From Macrostomum hystrix (lineage: Eukaryota; Animalia; Platyhelminthes): a stretch of DNA of 64,000 nucleotides. Numbering within the stretch: the stretch's first letter is position 1; the number at the start of each line of letters is the position of its first letter. Made by a program: the position numbers and the translations under genes. Below are positions 52,101 to 63,840 of this stretch, in pieces. The notes beneath the pieces are model-generated. The model was given only the letters and a program-made list of their open reading frames with translations, was not told where the DNA came from and did not search any database. The DNA lies in assembly GCA_950097015.1 (NCBI GenBank), contig CATNEN010000038.1, positions 3,472,001 through 3,536,000 on the forward strand. Direction: 5' to 3'.

Positions 52101-52832
52101 CATTTTTAGTGCGTCTATATTTTGGGGCGGTGAGTGGCAGAGCGGTTAACGCGTTTACCTCTCGCGCTGAAGTCCCCTGAGCTCGATTCCGCTGCGGGGC
52201 GCAGCCGCAGAGAGAGGGCTTGGGGTCTTGTCGTGCAATTTACGGCCTTGAGGGCCAACCTCCAAGGCACAGTGAGAGTGTACTCTGCCTGTCGATGGGA
52301 AAGTCAGGGCAGATGTACACACCTACGTGAGTGTGTGCCTGCGTACATTATCTGTGTGCTTGTGTGCTCAGGAGTCAGCGAAACAGGCAGGCAGAATTGC
52401 CTCCTCGCTGGCTGCGGGTCTAGTGTAACCAAATGATGTGCCATTGCCCATTGCTTATTACTGCAATTATTGTTATTATTAATGTTACTTTATTATAAGT
52501 GTACCTATTTTAAAGCACAGCTTCTCGAAAAGATAAACAAACTCAAAGAAGCCTAGAACTACTAGCTACTTACAACGCTTTCGCAGGCTAAAGGCGAAAT
52601 CTGGCTGGGCGAACGGCCGGCCTTCGCTGTTGAAGCCGGGCCGCCGCCCAACTTCAAGAAGAAGCAAGTTGGCTTCGTGTTCACCCTGCGCACGCCGGAT
52701 AGAGACTACGTCTTCTCGGCTGAGTCGCAAGACTCCTGCAGGCGGTGGGTTCAGGCCATAGACGAAGTGTTGGACTCCCTGCCGACACCGCAAGACTATC
52801 TGTACTCCAAGACTAGGAGCAATTCGGCCTGA
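49147..52832 (+). CDS. ADAP1: ArfGAP with dual PH domains (centaurin-alpha)
   Basis: Exons 49147-49368, 50467-50613, 50699-50875, 51734-52072 and 52587-52832, all phase 0. Zn finger CAEC..CNACAIAYR, GN, RQQFVLAKYKRKEF, TRSIYVYHEEEQEIINWYNAVR, KTGPNHTEAWKRRW, TPDRDYVF. Confidence 0.9.
49377..50400. repeat. 43-bp minisatellite AGTGCCATGCTGTGGGATC(T/A)GCTGATGCTAACACACCAGCTGC in ADAP intron 1
   Basis: Period 43, about 24 near-identical copies starting 8 nt after the donor. Confidence 0.97.
50897..51637. repeat. 34-bp minisatellite CTCTACCACCCTAATCCTCAGGTTTGGGGTGTAA in ADAP intron 3
   Basis: Period 34, about 21 copies. Confidence 0.96.
52123..52480 (+). mobile_element. tRNA-derived SINE (ADAP intron 4)
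   Basis: A-box TGGCAGAGCGG at 52135-52145, B-box-like GCTCGATTCC at 52181-52190, shared body, 3' stem-loop and TTA-rich tail. Confidence 0.85.
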
Positions 52833-54812
52833 TTAAATTTCGTTTGACAAAACTGTGTTTCTACTTGCAGTAGTGTAGGCCTATGTTATAACATGAAACC
52901 TGCTAAAGGTGCCGCCACTGGCTGAAGCGTTTAAATGGGCATAAGAGGTACATAGGATGATATTGCACTTTGCCCTAGACCTGTGTTAACTATGTCTGTG
53001 TTAACCAATCTAATATTTAGTTTTTAAGGCTCCGTTTTTTATCTTAGTTTTCTAATCTTTCTAAACAATGGAATCTCTTTGACTCGGAAAACAGGTTTGT
53101 TGCTAGTGGCGACACAAATAAGGAAATAAATTTACGAAACGGCATCTCAAATAAACAATTTTTCTCGTGTTTGCACGTCAAGTTGCCAAAAGTTTTTAAC
53201 AAAAAATTATTATTAAATAATATTTAACTCACTAAAGCTTTGCTAGGTATATCCTGGTACGCCAGGTACGTAGTGTCCTTTTTTACTATTTGTTAACCTA
53301 TTACGTACCCGTGTGCTTAAACTAGATTTTTTTAATCTTAACGATTTTTAATGGACTCTTAAGCAGAAACACCAATACCACTAATAGGTTTGCTACTTTT
53401 ACACTTTTCAGTGTGATAAAAACACAATTGCTTTGTCTTTTAGCCTTATCGTGTCTTCTAATGCGCATAAAATGTTTTTTCGACTTGTTTTTTTTAACTA
53501 TCAAAGTGCTTCCTCACTACTACGAACATCAATTTTAAAAAGCGTTTTGCGCTTATCTTGGTTAGCTAGTAGTTTCTCAAATCTTGAATGCTTGTATATA
53601 ATATATTTGTTTGAAATATCTTTGTTTATTGCTAAATTAGTTTTCTTTTAACTAAATGCCTGTGTACACTGAATTCCGAAATTCGAAGAAAAAATTCCGT
53701 ATTTCAGCTTTTTCTTTGCTTGCCTGTTCAGCTCATTACCTGTCCATTGTGCCGTCAGATTTTACGGGTAATGGTTTTTAGTTGCCTTGAAATATTGTCT
53801 GACACATAGATTGAAAAACATTTGACAATGTTTTTAATCATTTTTAAATGTTCCTGCGTTTGCTTTTTCGAAATTCACTATACGGCCTCAGTGACTAATA
53901 AACATCGTCATTTACACGATACCCAATCATTTTACTCTTTAATGACTATTTAGCATTGTTTTTGCAGTATGAAGATCTTTGAAAGCCTACTTAAGGTCCT
54001 ATCCCATTTTTAGCCGCTTTCATTTTCTTAGAATATTGTCTGAGATATATTTATTCAGCTCTTACACTCATTATCACGTAATTAAGTTTATAATCGATCG
54101 CTTCTGTTTGTTCTTTGCACAATGCCACACTAAAATGTTAATAACTTTTTACCTTGGCTAAAGCGACAATGCTATTTACAATAAATGCTTGCCGATATGA
54201 AATTGTATGAAATGAAGTATTTAACACTTAAGCTTGCATGGTCAACTTTTAATTCATTTTCAAAATCTGAATAGCTCTAGCTATTTTGATCTGCTCAATA
54301 AATCTACATATAACTCACTATATTCAGTACAAATATGAGAGTAACATCTTTGAGTTGCATAATTTAATAGGTTAAATCTTATTTCTGGCAGTTTACAGTT
54401 GACGGGCCGTTATTTCCTTTTGGTTAGATCTAACCACAATTTGTCATCTATATAAATCAGTCTTTACTGAAAGCTTAATTTGTGCTCGACATAGTTAACT
54501 ACTCGTTATTTAATTACGTACTTTGCGGTAATATAATTCGCACATCCTGTTTCATTTGTATGTTGGATAACAATACACATTTATGCGTGAAAGTACCTCA
54601 CCTAACGAGCATTGTTGTGCACGTCTGTTGCGTGCTGCTAATCGATAGTGACACGACAGCACCATTTCAAAATTAGTACTACGTAACTTGTTTGATCATA
54701 GTACAACCGCAAGTTTCCTTCAGTATTGTCTGTCACGTATGATTTTTGTCCGGCAAGCAAATAATATTATAAAGCATCGTTTTTTGACCACTCACTGTCA
54801 AATTAAAAAAGT

Positions 54813-56901
54813 ATGAATTTTATAAGCATTTTAACGTTTTTTGCCGTAGCAGGATGCGCATATGCTGTTAAGCCAAAAGTTACTGAAAAGGTAAGAGTAA
54901 GAAAATAACTTTTTTAGTCCCACTCCCACCTAGCCTAGATTTGTGGCTTTTGGGTGACTCGTATAATGTTTATGTATAAGTCAAAGTGTTGTATATAATA
55001 CATAAGTTTATGTATTATATATGATATAAGATATAAGATATAGAATACATTGGTGCACTGCTCTACTTTTGAATTAATAATCATACTTCATAGTAATTCA
55101 GTCGTGTTTAACATAAGACTAAACAATTTTATGTATTCTACTAGCTAATGAGTTAGGCCTAAGTTTAGAATCGCCTAATATCTAGTTGTTATAGTTTTTC
55201 TAATCTAGCTAGCAAATCTAGTTTCTCATTTTCATTCATTGATCATGTAGTAGTTGCGAAAATATAGCAATTGTTATTTATCGGGTTAACTGGGCAATCC
55301 CTATTGGAATGTAATGTTAAAAACCTGTGGACACATGACAAAGGTGTCAAAAATGTGGCTCCAAAGCTTGATGCAACATGCTGCACCACCATGCCCACGC
55401 CACACTGCCCTACCAATTGGGGCTTGTTCCATCTGTTTGGTGACTCTGGATAACTTTTGTGCTGATTGCATGGCCTTTGCGCTCCTCCCGCGATGTGGCG
55501 CTACAGTGTGACGCTCTGGTGATGCCTTGCAATGTGATGTGACACCAAAAAAGTCTGAACATACGGCAGATGGTCAGACGCAATTTGTCAACTTACTCCA
55601 ATAGGGTAGACAATTAGCTAGATTTTTGTTGTTATACTTGAAAATGTCAATAACTGAAATATAGGTTATAGGTATTTCAAATCAATTTTTGATCAGAAGT
55701 AATTTAATCACTCCATCCTTCACACAACAATCACAAGAACCACAAGAAGCAAAAAGATGCAATAATAACTTTATAGTGGCCATGCAAATAAATTGGCTTG
55801 TTTGTGGAAAAGTACATTCAACAATTAAATTAATAGGATTAATTTAGCAAAAAACTGTTGCATTCTGGTAGAAAACACTTTCTAGCTCAACAATTGGCAA
55901 TTTGTAATTTAATTCCCTAAAAAGAAAAAGAATGACAATTTAATATCTTTATGAGTCTGTAGTCTATATTTTTCTGGCAAAAATCTGATTTGCAATTTTT
56001 TTGAATAAATTGAGTTTCACGTCCTTTTAATTCTAGTAGGCCTAGTTCTTGAATTGATGTGAAGTTTGATATGATTCAATTACTTTTGATAAAAGTGTGA
56101 TTTGAAAATTCATTATGTCAGATACACCAATAGTTCGATAGTCCAAAGTATAACAATGAACAAATTAATATAGTAATCCATGTATTACTGATACATATTT
56201 TTACACTTTTTAACTGGACAAATAAAAAAATTGCCAATTGTCCAGTTAACTGGACAAATAACAACTTCCAGCTTTGCTTCCAGTAATGCAGCTTTATCTA
56301 TTAAAACAACTCTTATCTTGTTCTTGAGTATTTGTCTTATTTTTAAATCATTCAATCAATCATTGTTATTGTTACAAAGGCTTCTATTCATTTCAGTTCC
56401 AGGGAATTTTAAAATACCTTTACTTTTTATTATATTCCTGATAAGTCCTATGTCCTATGTTGTCCTATTCAATCTAATGTTAAACCAGCTAGTAGGCCTG
56501 TTAAGAATTTATCCCTGGCTTCTTTAAATGCAAAAACTATATTTGTTGCTCCCTAAGTTTTTTACCACCCTAACTTTCAACAGGTGTACTTTGACATCTC
56601 TATTGGTGACAAGGATGCTGGTCGCATTGTGATTGGCCTATTCGGTGAGACTGTACCAAAGACAGTGCGCAATTTCAAATCCCTGGCCGAAGGCTTCGAG
56701 ACCAAATCCGGAGAGAAGCTGACCTACAAGGGCTCGAAGTTTCACCGCGTCATCAAGGACTTCATGATTCAGGGCGGCGATTTCACTCGCGGCGACGGCA
56801 CTGGTGGCAAGTCAATCTACGGCGAGCGCTTCGCCGACGAGAACTTCAAACTGAACCACTATGGCGCCGGCTGGTGCTCCATGGCCAACGCCGGCCCGGA
56901 C

Positions 56902-56933
<32 letters not shown>

Positions 56934-57123
56934 GCGCACCGATTGGCTCAACGGACGCCACGTTGTCTTCGGCAAAGTGCTGGAGGGCATGAGTGTGGTC
57001 AGGGCTATCGAGAACTCCCAGACCGACGGGCAGGACCGGCCGAAGCAGGCCGTGGTCATTCGCGACAGCGGCTCCCTGCCAGTGGACGCCGCCTTCGAGG
57101 TTGAAGCTGCGCCGTCCGACTAA
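54813..57123 (+). CDS. PPIB: Cyclophilin B (ER peptidyl-prolyl isomerase)
   Basis: Exon 54813-54890 encodes signal peptide [18 protein letters not shown] plus VKPKVTEK and is followed by a GTAAGA donor. Exon 56584-57123 encodes [76 protein letters not shown]. Confidence 0.95.
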
Positions 57124-57726
57124 ACAGCGGCTTTGTTGTTTGTCGCCAATAAGTACACTGTGCAGTCCCGACTAGGCAAATTTAAATAGAAGTGCATTGT
57201 TAGTGTTCATTGCTGAGTTTTTTGTGTCGAAGTTTGTTGCCGATGTGTTTTTTCAGCTGCTTCAATTTAGATTTCAAACCTTTGACTGACTCTCGAATCG
57301 ATTTTTTATTAAGCAATCGATGCCAACTAGTGCCACGCATTCTAATTCCCTTTGGGAGACCATGCAATGTCTGATATGACTAAAATTTATTTAACTTTCT
57401 TAATTGATTACTTACGAGTATTCTATTGGGCTTTTAGTTTCATCTGATCTGCTCATTTCAGTTTCATATCCGCTCTCCGTTTTTTTGCTTTGAATTTAAA
57501 TATATACTAATAGTTCACCAACTGGCAAAAATAGTGCAAGTCAATCGAAACCGCCTTCTCAGAAGCACATGTCTGTTGCTTATAAAAATAACTTTCTACA
57601 CACTTGGAGTTTCTAAATTTGAATCACTGTTTAACACAGTTTTGAAAGGCTAACAAATTTCAGGCATTGTACTTTTATGTTCTCCGAGTTTGCCCAGCGA
57701 TTTTCCAAAATAAAACAACCAATGAA

Positions 57727-58819
57727 GTTAAACATCACAGCAGTGTATGTCAGACTTGTATCTGTCCCTGTGTTAAACATCACAGCAGTGTATGTCAGAC
57801 TTGTATATGTCCCTGTGTTAAACATCACAGCAGTGTATGTCAGACTTGTATATGTCCCTGTGTTAAACATCACAGCAGTGTATGTCAGACTTGTATATGT
57901 CCCTGTGTTAAACATCACTGCAGTGTATGTCAGACTTGTATATGTCCCTGTGTTAAACATCACAGCAGTGTATGTCAGACTTGTATATGTCCCTGTGTTA
58001 AACATCACAGCAGTGTATGTCAGACTTGTATATGTCCCTGTGTTAAACATCACAGCAGTGTATGTCAGATATGCATCTGTCCCTGTGTTAAACATCACAG
58101 CAGTGTATGTCAGACAGGTATCTGTCCCTGTGTTAAACATCACAGCAGTGTATGTCAGACATGCATCTGTCCCTGTGTTAAACATCACAGCAGTGTATGT
58201 CAGACTTGTATATGTCCCTGTGTTAAACATCACAACAGTGTATGTCAGACATGTATCGGTCCCTGTGTACAACATCACAGCAGTGTATGTCAGATATGCA
58301 TCTGTCCCTGTGTTAAACATCACAGCAGTGTATGTCAGACAGGTATCTGTCCCTGTGTTAAACATCACAGCAGTGTATGTCAGACATGCATCTGTCCCTG
58401 TGTTAAACATCACAGCAGTGTATGTCAGACTTGTATCTGTACCTGTGTTAGATATCACTGCAGTGTATGTCAGACTTGTATCTGTCCCTGTGTTAAACAT
58501 CACAGCAGTGTATGTCAGACATGCAACTGTCCCTATGTTAAACATCACTGCAGTGTATGTCAGACATGCAACTGTCCCTATGTTAAACATCACTTCAGTG
58601 TTTGTCAGACATGCAACTGTCCCTGTGTTAGACATCACTGCAGTGTATGTCAGATATGTATCTGTCCATGGTTAAACATCACTTCAGTATATGTCAGACA
58701 TGTATCTGTCTTTGTGTTAGACAAGGTGTCAAAGTGTTAGACAGTGTGTCAAAGTGTTAGACACTGCATGTCTGCAGACATCTAAGTGTCTGTGATCTGT
58801 TAGACATCACTGTAGTGTA
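57727..58819. repeat. 45-bp minisatellite GTTAAACATCACAGCAGTGTATGTCAGACTTGTATATGTCCCTGT
   Basis: Period 45, about 21 copies. The degenerate tail continues at 59793-59879 and 61327-61420, interrupted by two transposons. Confidence 0.96.
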
Positions 58820-59792
58820 CCGGGTGGCCCATGCGTTTAAGGACAACCTTAAAAATAGAAGAAAGCAAAGCCAGCGGTAGCTAGAGCATAATAGTTTTGG
58901 TCATAGACAAAATAGTATCTATATAGTCTGTAGCTGCCGCGAAAATTTTCGGCAACTTAGCATTAGCCATGAATCGCGCTAAACGTTTGATGGTGGTAGA
59001 CCAGCTCGCGCGGGGTATAAGCCCAGCACAGATAGCAGAGAACCTCAATGTTGCAAGGTCGTTTGTTTACGCCGTCAAGAGCGACATTGAAGAAGTTGGA
59101 GCTGCTGCGGCAGTTGAAAGGAGACTCCAGCTCTGCTGCGGAGGAACACCGCTTCATGCCTCGCCAGCAACATGCCAAAGGTGCCATGTTTCTCGGTGTC
59201 GTGGCTTCGGACGGCAGGGTGGCTCCCCTGATCTGGGTACCAGCTGGAGTGAAAATCAACTCAGCCGAGTACATCCGCATGCTGCAGGATCATGTACTGC
59301 CATGGATTCGACACAACTTTGCCCCAGGTACGTTTGTTTTTCAGCAGGACGGCGCTCCTGCCCACACGGCTGTCGCTACTCAAGAATTTCTTCGCCGGGA
59401 GCTCGGCGAGGACTTCTGGGATGCGACCACTTGGCCACCATCGAGTCCAGACTGTTCCCCTCTCGATTACTTTGTGTGGAACAACGTGGCCCGCGTTGCA
59501 TGTTTAACAACTTATGCTACCGTGGAGACTCTCAAAGTTGCTGTTAGTGCTGCCTGGTCAGCTCAGGGCCCTGCCGTCATCAGAGGTGCCTGTACCAAGT
59601 TTCGGTCTCGCATTGAAGCCGTGTATGCAGCGGAGGGGGGCTACATTGAGTAAATGTTATTTTTAGTTGCCATCTAGACATTATGGCGGTCAGTTAAAAT
59701 GTTAAAGTTTTCGTTTGTTGGTTGTTTTTATATTAAAAATGTATATACATTTGATTATTTTTAAGTTGTCCTTAAACGCATGGGCCACCCGG
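58820..59792 (+). mobile_element. Tc1/mariner (maT-like) transposon, internally deleted, with TA target-site duplication
   Basis: Perfect 28-bp TIR CCGGGTGGCCCATGCGTTTAAGGACAAC, TA at 58818-58819 and 59793-59794. The N-terminal HTH (ATG 58969) is joined out of frame to the catalytic C-terminus FQQDGAPAHT..WPPSSPDCSPLDYFVW (stop 59653). Confidence 0.93.
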
Positions 59793-59879
59793 TATGTCAG
59801 ATATGTATCTGTCTTTGTGTTATACAAGGTGTCAAAGTGTTAGACAGTGTGTCAAAGTGTTAGACACTGCATGTCTGCA

Positions 59880-61326
59880 CCACGATCATCAGACCCTCGA
59901 TCTCGTACGCCAGCCTCATATGGGCTAGCGCCACTAGCACCCAGGGAAACCTGGATGCGCTTTACAGGGTGCAGGGCAGAGCCTGTCGCATGACCTTGGG
60001 CGCCTCACCCTCCACCCCCTTCGAAGGCATGAACGCCTTCCTGGGAGCCACCCCTCTGGACATTTTCGTCAAGGGAGAGGCCGCGAAGAGCACCAGGCGA
60101 CTCATGGATGCCGGTGTGACCTTCAAATTCTCGAGGGCCTTCAAAAAGCGCTCTCTCGCTCCCCACTCCGATCTTTGCCTCAAGATTCTGGGCGAGTGCG
60201 AAGGGCTTTACATCCTCTCCGATGCTATACCCGCCACTCTGATCCTGAGCCACAGGTACAAGGTCGAAATCCAGCCTCGCCATGAGGCAAACGACAGCTG
60301 GGCCGACTCTGAAATCCACTGTTATACCGACGGCTCCATGATGAACGGAATCTCTGGTTTCAGAGCCTGTATCTACAAGGGAGGAGAGGTCGCCTGGACT
60401 CACTCCCAGCACACTGGAAAAAACTCCAGCGTTTTTCAGAACGAGATGCTCGCCATCAGTTCTTGTGCAGCAGAGCTGCGCCTGAGGGGGCTCACTGACC
60501 GGAAGATCTTCTTCCACTCCGACAGTCAAGCCGCCCTCCGGGCCCTCGACCGAAGCACCACCTGCTCTAAGACTACCTTGGACTGCCATGCCCAGCTCAA
60601 TGAGCTGGCGCGGGCAAACGAGGTCAAGCTCAAATGGATCCCAGGCCACGCTGGCTTCCCAGGGAATGAGATGGCGGACCAGCTCGCAAAAGCTGGAGCA
60701 GCCAGCACCCTGGCGGGACCAGAACCTGGCGCTCCTATCCCCGCCAATGTGACCAACCTCAAGCTAAAACGCTGGATGGAGACACAGCATCTGGACAGAT
60801 GGACCAAGACCCAGAACTGCAAGCAATCTAGGGCAGCGGTCCCTTGTCCGTCTCACCGCCTGCGCAAAGCCCTCTTAAAGCTAAACCGCAGGGATCTCCG
60901 CGCAGTCAGCATGGCCCTCTCAGGTCATGGCTGCTTCTCTCGGCACCGCTTTCTCCAGGGCCAGCTCCTGGAGGACAAATGCACTTTTTGTAGTTCGGGC
61001 AGTGAAAACGCCGAGCACTTTATCTGCCAATGCCCAGTTTTCACCAGGGCAAGGCTTGAACACCTTGGGCCTAACCCAACTCTCTCCGATGTTTGCAGGC
61101 CCGAGAGCATCCCTCAGCTTGCCCGGTACCTCCGGGATACTGGGCGAGCCAACGTCTTTCCCACGGACAGTGCGGAGGACCAAGCTGCAGGCGAGTCCAA
61201 CGGGCCACCCTGAGCAACACCACCTCTCCCTGAGGTCGTCTGGTTTGCCAGGGGTTAGCGGAATGGGCGGTCCTCTCCGCCTCCTCGCTGCGTCCGTCGG
61301 TACGGAGCACCCTGCAGCTAAGTCAA
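59880..61326 (+). mobile_element. 5'-truncated non-LTR retrotransposon with RNase H (R1/LOA/I-group-like)
   Basis: 11-bp TSD GCATGTCTGCA (59869-59879 and 61327-61337). ORF to 61213 contains the RT C-terminus IRPSISYASLIW, RNase H motifs YTDGS, SVFQNEM, SDSQAAL, WIPGH.G..GNEMADQLAK, and a Zn knuckle CTFC..HFICQC. Confidence 0.93.
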
Positions 61327-62374
61327 GCATGTCTGCAGACATCTAAGTGTCTGTGATCTGTTAGACATCACTGCAGTGCATGTCAGATATGTACCTGTCT
61401 CTGTGTTAAAAAATCACTGCAATATGCCTGGCATCATGTGTTCTCTGTTAGTCTTTAGACAGCCGGGTCTGTGTTAAACTTCTGCGTATATTATTTATTG
61501 AAGTTTTTTTGTTAAACAGCTGTCCGCAATATACAGCAGTGTCTGTCATATACAGGTGAGTCTGTTGAGTCTGAGTCTGTTTATTTACAGCTGAGTCTAA
61601 CAGCTGCGTGTGTTACAGCTGTGTCTGTTATGTATACTGTTGTGACTTTCGTGTCTCTCATAGACTGTTGGGTCTACTTTCAATAGCTAATTTCTGCAAC
61701 CATACTAAATTCGCTATTGTATGTTCTTACCAGAAATTGAACCAACTATAACAAGTTATTCCGAAGGACATTTGTCGGTATGCGTAAAAAGATGCGAGCT
61801 AATGTAATTGCCTTTTCAGAAAAAACACATAAACAAACTTTAGGATGGTTTGCTCAGTTTAAATATAGCAAATATTATATTGCATTAAGCTAAGCTTGAT
61901 TTGTTAACTGCTATTCAATTCTGAATTTATTGTATAAAAAATATTTGCACTTTTTGTTATTTTGCCTTTATTTACAAAATTATTTTTCACAGTTTTGACG
62001 CCTACAGTCTGATAGTGCATGTGTTCGCTAATCTATTAACAAAATAGGGCTGGACCAATCAGATTCAAGAAAGTTAATTGTTGACCGATTAGCTGCGGGC
62101 GGAGAGTCATGGGTATGAAAAAAATTTTCTCTACCCCCTTCGACGCTTGAATCTGATTGGTGGAGGTGAGTAAGACAACTGTGCTGGAATGTACGCATAA
62201 TCCAGATGACTACTGGCATTTTAAATAGGTAGCGTTGCACAACCGGGGGTCGGCTGGGCTATAGGTATGAAGTTAGTTAATTTTTTGGCTATTGTGGTGG
62301 AAGCGCCAGGCTAAGTCCTAAAATCCGATTCGCACCACCCCACCAAACCAGCGCAACCCCCAGAGAAAATTGAC

Positions 62375-62380
62375 TATAAA
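62375..62380 (+). promoter_or_regulatory. Candidate TATA box of the Gly/Tyr-rich gene
   Basis: TATAAA 97 nt upstream of the ATG at 62472. Confidence 0.5.
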
Positions 62381-62471
62381 TTTGAAGGACCATCAGGCAC
62401 TATCTTCCACATCAAGCGACAATCGACAATACTAAACTAACAATCGGCCAGACAACTTATCTACAACCATC

Positions 62472-63032
62472 ATGAAATTTCTGCTAGTCTCTGCAGCCCT
62501 AATCGCTGTCGCCATGTGCGGCGGTAACGTTAAAGGCGGTAAGGGCTACGGCGGCGGTGGCTACGGCGGCGGTGGCTACGGCGGCGGTGGCTACGGCGGC
62601 GGTGGTTACGGCGGCGGTGGCTACGGCGGCGGTGGCTACGGCGGCGGTGGCTACGGCGGCGGTGGCTACGGCGGCGGTGGCTTCGGCGGTGGCCACGGCG
62701 GCCACGATGGCTATGGCTACGGCGACCACGACGGCTATGGCTACGGCAGCCACGACGGCTATGGCTACGGCGGCCACGACGATGGCTACGGCCCTGACTA
62801 TGGCGTCGCCGATAGCGGCTACGGATACTTCGCCTATGACTATACTCCAAGCTACGGCTACGGCTACGATTCTGGCAAAAGCTACGGCGGCCCCAGCTAC
62901 GCCGATGGCTACTCCGATAAGCAAGACGATGGCTACGGCTATGACCGCTACGATGTCTACCCCAATAGCGGCATTACTGGCAAAGGCTACGGCAAACCCA
63001 GCTCACAGGTTCATGGCTATCGCCGCCGTTAA
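62472..63032 (+). CDS. Secreted Gly/Tyr-rich structural protein (eggshell/adhesive-like)
   Basis: Signal peptide MKFLLVSAALIAVAMC, nine YGGGG repeats, HDGYGYG repeats, Tyr/Asp-rich tail. Intronless; AATAAA overlaps the stop (63031-63036). Confidence 0.85.
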   Translation: MKFLLVSAALIAVAMCGGNVKGGKGYGGGGYGGGGYGGGGYGGGGYGGGGYGGGGYGGGGYGGGGYGGGGFGGGHGGHDGYGYGDHDGYGYGSHDGYGYGGHDDGYGPDYGVADSGYGYFAYDYTPSYGYGYDSGKSYGGPSYADGYSDKQDDGYGYDRYDVYPNSGITGKGYGKPSSQVHGYRRR

Positions 63033-63840
63033 TAAACCAGCAGTTTGCCTGCTTCGGGTTAAGCTTTATAGCGCCTAAATGGAAGTGCTGCTCTGTTTAG
63101 CGAAATGTTTGCGATGGTTCAGTGTCCTGATTGTGAAATGGCTATTGTTTTTTTTCGAAAAATATACTTGTTTTCTATTTAAATCACTAAACTCATTTTT
63201 TTATCTTTATTTTGTTCCCAGTAAGAGTTAAGTCGATTTCACACGAGCGTTAAGTCCCTAATACACGCTCACGTAGACAAACTTATATTTTAGAGAAAAG
63301 TATTTTATATGAAAGTATTAAATATGCAGAAAACTGTAGTTACTATTTAAATTAACTTATTCATTTACAAAGTTCTGATTAAGTAAGGGATGAAGTTATT
63401 TAAGGGATAGGTACTTTCAAAATAAAAATATTCAAATTGGAAACTACATGTATTAGAAAATCAAACAATTCTGAATAACAAAATCACTATAACATAAAAT
63501 AAATGACAGCCATTGACAACTCATTAATTAATCAATATGTAAAATATATGAACGATTTAATGTAAACCGTAAAAGTTTTTTATATCAGGAATGTATCAGG
63601 AATTAAACACTTTGATTTAGTTTAAGAAAAGAAAATATATTTCAGACAATTCTAATTATTATTTTCTTAAGAGATAGAAACATCAACCAGTAAAACTAGT
63701 GAATTTGTTTAATTCCAAATGTCCGTAGGAAAGCCGCCTGACTGCTGCTGCTGCTGCTGATGCTGCTGCATTCCACCGAATGACATGCTTGACATTTGGC
63801 TTTGAATCTGAAGTGCAGATGGGAAGACATGGTTACTCAG

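Noticed and set aside
52123-52200. tRNA gene
   Set aside because: A and B boxes are present but there is no intact cloverleaf, and the sequence continues into the SINE body in every full copy.
57631-58740. Cys/His-rich (CVKHHSSVCQTCICP)n and other ORFs of about 330-360 aa
   Set aside because: They are frames of the 45-bp satellite, open on both strands, with no unique coding flanks.
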